Virus record (IMG/VR): IMGVR_UViG_3300044614_000224 | Span: 1-14,838 of that record | Reading direction: 5' to 3' (one strand) | Source: a virus | Taxonomy: Duplodnaviria > Heunggongvirae > Uroviricota > Caudoviricetes | Length of the DNA stretch: 14,838 nucleotides | In this document: one piece after another, positions 7,788 to 14,838 of the stretch | Layout of the letters: each line of letters begins with the position of its first letter | How positions within the stretch are numbered: the stretch's first letter is position 1 | Program-made: the position numbers and the translations under genes | The notes under the pieces: model-generated | The model's database searches: none | What the model was told of the DNA's origin: nothing | Seen by the model: only the letters and a program-made list of their open reading frames with translations

Positions 7788-10700
7788 TTAACAGATTTCT
7801 TTTAATACTTTACCAATTTCGATAGGGCTATATCCCATATCTTTTAATAGTTTACCGTTTATATCTATGATGTTGTATCTTTTACCATCTCTCAATTCTA
7901 CAGATACTTCCCCTTCTTTAGAGAACAAGTTTGTTTGAGCAGTGTCTACAAGCTTCTGGTTATTGTCTAACAATAGTTGAGCATATTGCGGTATTGTTAA
8001 ACCATTTGCTTCATCATTGTTAGAAATATTTTCTACAAAATCAATTGCAAATATAGGATTATTTTGTAAGAACGTAGCTTCTTCTACAGTAATTTTATCA
8101 GTAACTTCTCCTACATAATAATCTACATCAGGTCCATATTTTTCATTTTCAAGATCTTCAATACTAACAATCTCTCCTTCAGAACTAAGTCTTGCTGCCT
8201 GTTGCAATAAGTTACTATCCATACCTTGTATTGTTTTAGGATAGTCTATTCTAATTCTTTTATCTGCATCTTTAAACACAAGCTCTCCTGAAGGTAAGCT
8301 AATTGCTTTCTTTTCACCAGGTTCTGCAACTTGTTGATTCTCAGTAGGTTGACTAGATACAGGCTTAACAGCATATACAAATCTAGCTTGTCTACCATTG
8401 ATGAAGTTAGTTGAATATTTGTTGTATAGTTTAAATTGACGCCAGTCTTGAAATCCTTCCTTCTTAGCAAACTCATCTAGACGATAAGTTGTTTTATCAG
8501 TTAAAGACATCACCACATCAAGTACCACTTGGAACTGACCAAGTTTAGTTAGCTCAACTCTTGAACCATCAGGAAGAGCGTATACACCATCTCTGTAGTT
8601 CTCAGTTCTATTGGTGATAGTCTTAGTACCAGCTTTGATTCTAAGTACATTGTCACTCTGCATAGCAAGGTTACCTATGATTTCATTCTCCTTAGGAACA
8701 GCATTAACCACTACGTTTGAAGTTTGAATCTCAGGAGACACAGCTACTTCTTCTGGTAATGGAGAAACCATTTCCTCTTTAGTAACACCAAAGTATTGTA
8801 GAATAACGTCATCTGGTATAGACTCATCAGCTTCTTCAAAGCCATTCTTTATAACAGACTTTCTATTATCTGGATAGAACTCATTAGCATTACTTCCATC
8901 ACCCCAAGCATTGATAAGTTTGTATAGGTATGTTTCAGATAAACCATCAGCACTAGGAATGATTCCTACATATTTGAATAAACCTTTTTTCTTATATGAG
9001 TAGTCACCATCCTTTCTCATCTTTCTCTTTTCAGAAGGAAGGAATTCTTTTTCCCATGTATGCACAATTACATCATAGTTTGCTTCTCTGTTACCTGAAG
9101 GAATTTTTAACAATAAAGGAAGGTCTCCTTTTCTCATTGCCTCATAGATACCATTTCCAAACTTCATTTCCTCATTGTAATAAGTTTGTTGTGTATAGAA
9201 GTCAAATCTAGATGTAGCCTTATGATGAGGAACTATATCATCAAAGTTCCAATACTTTCTTTCAAACACATTCAAGTTAGCAAAGTCTTCTAGACTTGCA
9301 TATGAAGGTAAGTCAGCTATCACATCATTGTATTCTTTCACAATATCTAGATAAGGAAGCTGAGATGTAAATGATATGTTAGATTCATTTAAACCAGACT
9401 GTAGTATAGATAAGGTTACTAACTTATCGTAAATATCACCATTACCTTCAGTTTTTAAGAAGTCTCTTAGCTCTGCAAAAGAAGCAGTGATCTGATTTTG
9501 ATCATACACCTTGTTGCTCTTGTTCTTAATCTTTATGTTATTCACCTCACCTGGCTTACCAAATAAAGGTTGTAATATTCTGACAATATGATTGTTATGT
9601 AAAGGATGATCTTGGTTTGCAGGATCTAATATAGGCTTAATAAACTCACTAATTTGTTTAGCTGTATTAGTATCTTTGTTCAACAAAACTTCTGTAATCT
9701 TCTCGTTCAACCCATTCTGTGTTTGAACAGCCCAATCAAACAATGCAGCTACAGCTCTTTGAGAAGTCTTAACAAAGTCTCTATCATTCATACCTACGTA
9801 TGGAGTGAGTACCTTTTGAATAACCTCTCTTACATTACCTTGGTCTGCTCTAATGATTGTAGCTAAAGCATCTCTCATTTCAATAATAGTGTCTTTCAAC
9901 TGACCAATGAAAGCGTTGTCTAACATATCATCTACAGAGCTGAAGATAGTTTTTCTAGCTTTTTCTAACTGCATCAACTTCTTAAATACTAAGAATGGAT
10001 CGTTGAAAGAAGCTGTATCAAAGTTAGTTCCTTGGGTAACATTGAATGACTGTTCAGCCATCTTAGCATACTTCAAGAACTCTTTTAATATAAATGTTTG
10101 TTCAGCTTTATCAAGTTGAGTTAGTTCTCTCTTACCAACAGTGCTTTCTAATTTCTCAAGAGAAGGCATTTCTTTGATGGTAAGCTTGTTGTTTTTATAC
10201 TTCCTTATTACTCTGTTGTATGTCTTATTATTGAATAACCAAGTTTGACCATCCCTTTCTAATGTACGTAAGTAGTCACGAATGATTGGTTGGTTCATGA
10301 AATAAGCTACAGTGTTAATAGGTACCCCCACCTTAGTTAAGAACATCCATGTAGAAGCTACGTTTGGTGTAGCACCTAATTCCATAATCCATGGACCCTT
10401 AGAGATATCCACATATCCATCAATGAACTGACCTAAGATGTCAGAGATGTATTCACCTTGAGGGAATTTTTCACTTCTCTCAGCATTTCTAGTCATTGAT
10501 ATTGTAGGGAATACACCTTTTCCAGGTATCTCAATCTTGTTATATTCAGGGAATTTAATCTGACCATCACCTAACCATTTCAAATCTCCGCCATCTAATA
10601 GCCCAGATCTTCCGTTGAAATCAATATAGATAGGTTGTCTTTGATTTAAAGAATGGTTTGTTTGGTTTACAGCTGCAATACCAATTGCATATTTACCAGA

Positions 10701-13700
10701 TACAAACGCATGTCTAAGTCTAGACATAAAGTTTCTATCTAACATGTTACCTGGATCCTTATAATCAAATGTACCAAAGCCTAACTTAGTAGTGATGTCT
10801 TTAGACAAATCTTTCAATTGATCTGCAGAGTTAGGTTTAACTAGATTCTTAAAGTTTAAAGGATGTGAGATGAGTCTTTGTAAAGATTCAACATATGCAT
10901 TCTCTAAGTTCGATTTACCCCTACCATTAACAGATATAAGTCTAGGTAGTCCCTTAGAACTATCATCTACGTTCTTAAGGTAGATTGACAATTTATCTAT
11001 ATCAAAGTCAGATCCAACCTTCTTCACTAAGGCAGAAGGAATCACCACAGAATCTCCAAACTCCTTAGGAAGGAACTTAGCTATTCTGAATACATCAATA
11101 GAGTTTTGTTTTTGTGTAGGAATACGGAAGGCAACACCTTCTAATATTCTTTGTCCTTCTGGAGTGCTATTTAATTTCTTAAGAAGGTCTTCATCAGATA
11201 GGTCACTTTCAAACCATCTGCCCACCATGATTTCACACACACGCTGTCCATCTTTATCTTCGTAGAACTTCAACACATCAGATGTGTATGCTCCTTTTTC
11301 AGACTGGATTCTATTAGATTCTAATAGTGTAGAAGGGATTTGTACCTTCATACCACCATTAACCTTAGGGCTAATGATTTCTCTATCAGCAATTGAATAT
11401 AGAATGTTTCTAATTTGTTTGTATGCAGGAGTTGCTTCAGCCATTACAGTACCAGTAGAGTATCCTCTAAGAGCCTCACTGATGTTATCACTGATTTCTC
11501 TCTTGGTAAACTCTTTACGTAATGTTTCAACAACCTTTTCAAAGTTGTCAATCTTATAACCACCATCAACCTTACTGATACCAAATGTATCAAGTAGAGA
11601 ATCCATACCAACCTCCATCATATCTTCTACGATCTTTTGGTTGTTCTTGATCTCTTTGTATAAAGGAGACTTTGCTTCTTTCTCTGTTTCAGAAAGACCA
11701 AACCATTCCATGTAACGATCTGTAAATGAACCAGTTGGATTGTAGTCAATAGGTATACCAGCATCCATGAAGTCTAATGTAACAAGTTTAGTCATTTGAG
11801 AACCTCTTGTTACAAGACCATCATCTTTAGAAGGAACCTCAGATTGAATACTAATGATACTGAATGGTACATTAATAATTCCTTGCTTTAAGTCTTTATT
11901 GTTTGTCTGTGCTTCTGTTTGGAAAGGTTCATTGTTAAACTCGCCATTCTTATATAATTTATGCACAGCTTCAGCCCCTACCTTTCTACCACTGTTGTAT
12001 ACAGCATAGTCTACATCCTCTTCTTGCATCTTGTTATACAACTTGACAGCATTAGATTCAGGATTCATTTCATGTAACACTCTGAAACTCAATGGGAAAA
12101 GGGCAAACTTATCTAATACAATATCATTAAAGTTTCTACCATTAGCTTTGTTTCCAGATACAATAGGTTTGATTGGAGTGTAAGCACGCTTGATTGCAGG
12201 GTTACCTCTCTTTAAAGCGTTTCTGTCAACTCCTGATAACTTAACACCCTTAACTTTTTTCTCGTAAGCAATGTCATACTTATATTGTCTTTCTTTATCA
12301 CCATCCCATTCACCAGCACGTATCAAATAATTACGATAGGCTTTCATGGTAATCATACCACCACCATCTGTTTCTTCCCAAGTACCATAATCAGGTAGGT
12401 CAGTAGTTGCTATAACATCATCTAATGTAACTGATCTAAAGAAGTCTTTATTAAAGTCTGTATAACCAATAGTACCTTCAGCTACACCCTTATTCCAAAT
12501 TCTATTTGCAGAAGAGTTGAATGAATCAGATCCACTTACAATAGCTTGTCTAGGAGAACTAAAGCTTTTAATACGCTTAAGTTCATCTGAGTATTGATAT
12601 GGATCAGAATATAATAATTTATGAAGCTCAATATTGTTAATCATGTAGTTAGCAGACAAAGCTGTTAACTCTCTGTTTAAGTCTTCTGCTGATATTAAGT
12701 CTTTAGCAAAAGATAAACCTTCAGCCATGAAACCATTACCCACTTCATCAAGCACTCCATAGTTTACTAGAGAGGTCATTAATGCATCTTTTTGCTTAAG
12801 TAGGAATGCACTAACAGCATCATCAATAACTTGTTTATTATCTGCATAGATTTCTTCTGCTGTAAATACTTCCCCTTCCTCAGCTATAATATCATCATGT
12901 AACTTCTTACCAAGGATAGCTTTGAAGAAACGTAAATCTAGAGCATCTCTATCTTTTGCTACATTACGATTTTCTCTAGCTAGGTTTATCTCATCTATGA
13001 AATATCCTCTAAATATATCATGTACACGATTGAGGTTTAATAGGATGTCATCAGTTGATACTGCATTACCCATGTTCATCATCCACTCAATAGTTGCATC
13101 TCCAGGGATTAGGTTTAGATAGTAACCAGCAGAGTTAAGGTTGATTTCCTGTAATAGTCTTTCTTTAGAAGTTAACTTAGAAGACTGCTTTTGTTTACCA
13201 CTCTCTTCGTTAACTGTACCATCAGCATATGCTGTTTGCATTAGGTCCTCTGTATCATCAGCACGTTTGCCTGTAGCCTTATCAAACATTCTTGATAGAA
13301 TGATTGAGTTCTTAGCAAATGAGTCTGTAAGTAGATATTCATATTGTGTACCTACTAACTCATTGATATTCTTAAGCTTTGATAATGTATCATATAAATC
13401 ACTAGCTGCGTTTGTACCAATGAATGTCTGTGTAAGTTCACCATTAACATTATAGAATGTGCTGCTGAACTCTGGGTTATCCATGATAGCCTTAATCTCA
13501 GATAGTTGGTATAAACGTTTGTTGATATCAAGTGTTTTACCACTTACAGTGATGAGACGCTTGCCATCAGCAATACTTGTTCTAATACCATTAACTGCTT
13601 CTGAGAATGTAGTTTTCTCACGCATCTTAACAAGTCTGTCGTAATCAAACTCAATTCCAAACTCTTTTAAGAATTCCACTTGAGCCAATAAGCTTCCAAG

Positions 13701-14838
13701 CTTTGCTTCTTTTATAGAATCTTCATTACCTATGTATGAGTTACTAGTAGCTGAATAGGTGATATATTTGTTTCCGTTGTTAACAGCATCGATAATGTTA
13801 TTAACAAATCCTTCTTCCACTTGTCTAGCAGCAGTGGTGAAGTTAGAATCACCCACTTGTATATCTCCATTCTCTAGAACATACACATTCTTAACTGTAG
13901 GAGATTGTTTCTTGAACGTTCTCCAGAATGCAGCTAATAATTGAATATCGTTCTGATTGTTTAACTGGCTGATTTCCTTTAACTTAGTTAAACGATTGTA
14001 AAGTTTTGTATACTTAGAATCGTTAGAAGACATATCCTTTACAGTGGCAATCATTGAATCAAGGGTCACTGAACCACTTACGTTGTTCATGATGCCTATG
14101 TAAGCCTCACTCATTGGGATTAATGTGTAACCACCAATAGATGATAATCTTTCTGAACCATTGTTGTATACAGCAGGAAGGCTAGCTAACAATAACTTGA
14201 TAGCAGAGTTAGCCTTTCTCATATGGTCTATCTTAGAAGCATCACCATAAGGATCATCTTTACTTCTTTCATCTCCTAATACCATCTCATCATTCTCATC
14301 AAACTCAATTGAATAAGACTTAAGATATTCTTGGTGTCTTTCTACAATATATTCCCAGTTGTTTAGGATGTTATTATTTAATGTATTTTGTGCATCAATA
14401 CCTTGAGCCTTCACCTCTTCAGAAACATCTGTCATTTTCTCTAGCTCAACAATATTATCAGCAATCAAATCACTCATCTCATCTTTGAGTCTTGAGTAGA
14501 GTTGAGTCTTATTTAGACTAGGAATATTAAACAAACCTTCATTTGTTTCAAACAAATCCTTCACAACTGTATAAGTCATGTGTTGAATGATGTCATGTAA
14601 CTGAGCACCTGTGAATCCAGTGATTCTGTATTCAGAAGCCTCAGTACCTGCAGCATCTTCAATATCTATGATTCCTTGTTCAGCGTAAGATAGTGCTCCT
14701 TGGTATGGAGAATATTGTGCATAGTATCCAGAACCAATGTTCTCAAATAACTTATCTGTATTCTCTTGAGCTTTATCTCCTGTAAAGAATCCTTTGATGA
14801 AGTCTACGATTTGTGAGAATATTCTGGAAATCAATGAC
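7788..14838 (-). CDS. crAss-like virion DNA-dependent RNA polymerase, single-chain two-barrel (phi14:2 gp66-like), >2348 aa, 5' truncated
   Basis: Catalytic GSDFDIDKL (DFDID at 11009-10995), upstream FRIPTQKQNS (11129-11100), ETDGGGMIT (12374-12348), RGSQMTKL (11807-11784), GQFIDGYVDISKGP (~10431-10393). The track's start at 14834 is a TTG with an open frame upstream, so the true start lies outside the window. Confidence 0.88.
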   Translation of the reverse strand, partial: SLISRIFSQIVDFIKGFFTGDKAQENTDKLFENIGSGYYAQYSPYQGALSYAEQGIIDIEDAAGTEASEYRITGFTGAQLHDIIQHMTYTVVKDLFETNEGLFNIPSLNKTQLYSRLKDEMSDLIADNIVELEKMTDVSEEVKAQGIDAQNTLNNNILNNWEYIVERHQEYLKSYSIEFDENDEMVLGDERSKDDPYGDASKIDHMRKANSAIKLLLASLPAVYNNGSERLSSIGGYTLIPMSEAYIGIMNNVSGSVTLDSMIATVKDMSSNDSKYTKLYNRLTKLKEISQLNNQNDIQLLAAFWRTFKKQSPTVKNVYVLENGDIQVGDSNFTTAARQVEEGFVNNIIDAVNNGNKYITYSATSNSYIGNEDSIKEAKLGSLLAQVEFLKEFGIEFDYDRLVKMREKTTFSEAVNGIRTSIADGKRLITVSGKTLDINKRLYQLSEIKAIMDNPEFSSTFYNVNGELTQTFIGTNAASDLYDTLSKLKNINELVGTQYEYLLTDSFAKNSIILSRMFDKATGKRADDTEDLMQTAYADGTVNEESGKQKQSSKLTSKERLLQEINLNSAGYYLNLIPGDATIEWMMNMGNAVSTDDILLNLNRVHDIFRGYFIDEINLARENRNVAKDRDALDLRFFKAILGKKLHDDIIAEEGEVFTAEEIYADNKQVIDDAVSAFLLKQKDALMTSLVNYGVLDEVGNGFMAEGLSFAKDLISAEDLNRELTALSANYMINNIELHKLLYSDPYQYSDELKRIKSFSSPRQAIVSGSDSFNSSANRIWNKGVAEGTIGYTDFNKDFFRSVTLDDVIATTDLPDYGTWEETDGGGMITMKAYRNYLIRAGEWDGDKERQYKYDIAYEKKVKGVKLSGVDRNALKRGNPAIKRAYTPIKPIVSGNKANGRNFNDIVLDKFALFPLSFRVLHEMNPESNAVKLYNKMQEEDVDYAVYNSGRKVGAEAVHKLYKNGEFNNEPFQTEAQTNNKDLKQGIINVPFSIISIQSEVPSKDDGLVTRGSQMTKLVTLDFMDAGIPIDYNPTGSFTDRYMEWFGLSETEKEAKSPLYKEIKNNQKIVEDMMEVGMDSLLDTFGISKVDGGYKIDNFEKVVETLRKEFTKREISDNISEALRGYSTGTVMAEATPAYKQIRNILYSIADREIISPKVNGGMKVQIPSTLLESNRIQSEKGAYTSDVLKFYEDKDGQRVCEIMVGRWFESDLSDEDLLKKLNSTPEGQRILEGVAFRIPTQKQNSIDVFRIAKFLPKEFGDSVVIPSALVKKVGSDFDIDKLSIYLKNVDDSSKGLPRLISVNGRGKSNLENAYVESLQRLISHPLNFKNLVKPNSADQLKDLSKDITTKLGFGTFDYKDPGNMLDRNFMSRLRHAFVSGKYAIGIAAVNQTNHSLNQRQPIYIDFNGRSGLLDGGDLKWLGDGQIKFPEYNKIEIPGKGVFPTISMTRNAERSEKFPQGEYISDILGQFIDGYVDISKGPWIMELGATPNVASTWMFLTKVGVPINTVAYFMNQPIIRDYLRTLERDGQTWLFNNKTYNRVIRKYKNNKLTIKEMPSLEKLESTVGKRELTQLDKAEQTFILKEFLKYAKMAEQSFNVTQGTNFDTASFNDPFLVFKKLMQLEKARKTIFSSVDDMLDNAFIGQLKDTIIEMRDALATIIRADQGNVREVIQKVLTPYVGMNDRDFVKTSQRAVAALFDWAVQTQNGLNEKITEVLLNKDTNTAKQISEFIKPILDPANQDHPLHNNHIVRILQPLFGKPGEVNNIKIKNKSNKVYDQNQITASFAELRDFLKTEGNGDIYDKLVTLSILQSGLNESNISFTSQLPYLDIVKEYNDVIADLPSYASLEDFANLNVFERKYWNFDDIVPHHKATSRFDFYTQQTYYNEEMKFGNGIYEAMRKGDLPLLLKIPSGNREANYDVIVHTWEKEFLPSEKRKMRKDGDYSYKKKGLFKYVGIIPSADGLSETYLYKLINAWGDGSNANEFYPDNRKSVIKNGFEEADESIPDDVILQYFGVTKEEMVSPLPEEVAVSPEIQTSNVVVNAVPKENEIIGNLAMQSDNVLRIKAGTKTITNRTENYRDGVYALPDGSRVELTKLGQFQVVLDVVMSLTDKTTYRLDEFAKKEGFQDWRQFKLYNKYSTNFINGRQARFVYAVKPVSSQPTENQQVAEPGEKKAISLPSGELVFKDADKRIRIDYPKTIQGMDSNLLQQAARLSSEGEIVSIEDLENEKYGPDVDYYVGEVTDKITVEEATFLQNNPIFAIDFVENISNNDEANGLTIPQYAQLLLDNNQKLVDTAQTNLFSKEGEVSVELRDGKRYNIIDINGKLLKDMGYSPIEIGKVLKEIC
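8358..8681 (-). other. ASCH/PUA-like domain in the RNAP C-terminal extension
   Basis: LAMQSDNVLRIKAGTKTITNR (GxKTxTxR at 8630-8607), then VELTKLGQF, DEFAKKEGF (EGF 8459-8451) and the terminal strand FVYAVKPV; flanked by Pro/Glu-rich linkers. Confidence 0.7.

Larger units (their letters stand above)
1..14838 (-). mobile_element. Segment of a crAss-like (Crassvirales/phi14:2-like) bacteriophage genome: virion RNAP, cargo and tail-fibre region
   Basis: Three giant co-oriented genes; DFDID two-barrel RNAP; fibre-like protein; no cellular housekeeping genes; Bacteroidota-type promoter motif and SD-less starts. No integrase or att site visible, so free phage versus prophage cannot be decided. Confidence 0.85.

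Noticed and set aside
7784-7793. Programmed frameshift or read-through fusing the RNAP to the next protein
   Set aside because: The frames differ by one base, but there is no slippery heptamer or evident stimulatory structure, and TAA is a strong stop; translational coupling is simpler.
1330-13944. Remaining short ORFs (61-122 aa) in the track
   Set aside because: All lie within the three long genes, antisense or out of frame, and show no recognisable motifs.
3635-14838. Stop-codon reassignment (TAG=Gln or TGA=Trp), known in some crAss-like phages
   Set aside because: All three genes are open over kilobases in the standard code and both visible stops are TAA; no evidence either way is needed to explain the window.
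7788-14838. Cellular rpoB/rpoC or N4-type (T7-like) virion RNAP
   Set aside because: The motif is DFDID, not NADFDGD; no rpoB/rpoC context, and I saw no single-subunit Pol A-family motifs.
7788-14838. Intein or self-splicing intron in the RNAP
   Set aside because: Uninterrupted frame; no C/S...HN-C/S/T intein junction or LAGLIDADG/HNH motif recognised.

Overview
About 14.8 kb of an AT-rich bacteriophage genome, most likely crAss-like (Crassvirales / phi14:2-type) with a Bacteroidota host. The window is filled by three very large genes, all on the minus strand. In transcription order: (1) a >2348-aa single-chain two-barrel RNA polymerase (>14838..7788, 5' end outside the window) with the DFDID catalytic motif of crAss-like virion RNAPs and an ASCH-like domain in its C-terminal extension; (2) one base later, a 1383-aa probable virion cargo/ejection protein (7786..3635) with an N-terminal PD-(D/E)XK nuclease-like domain and a late hydrophobic helix; (3) after a 134-bp spacer holding an overlapping hairpin and Bacteroidota-type promoter, a >1166-aa modular tail-fibre-like protein (3500..<1). 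Gene 3 is absent from the supplied ORF track, probably because it has no stop codon in the window. It carries two proline-free Gly-Thr-Ser collagen-like blocks (106 and 84 triplets) around a globular domain, then a beta-roll repeat. The other tracked ORFs look like shadow frames of these three genes. All family assignments come from motif recognition by eye; no searches were run.
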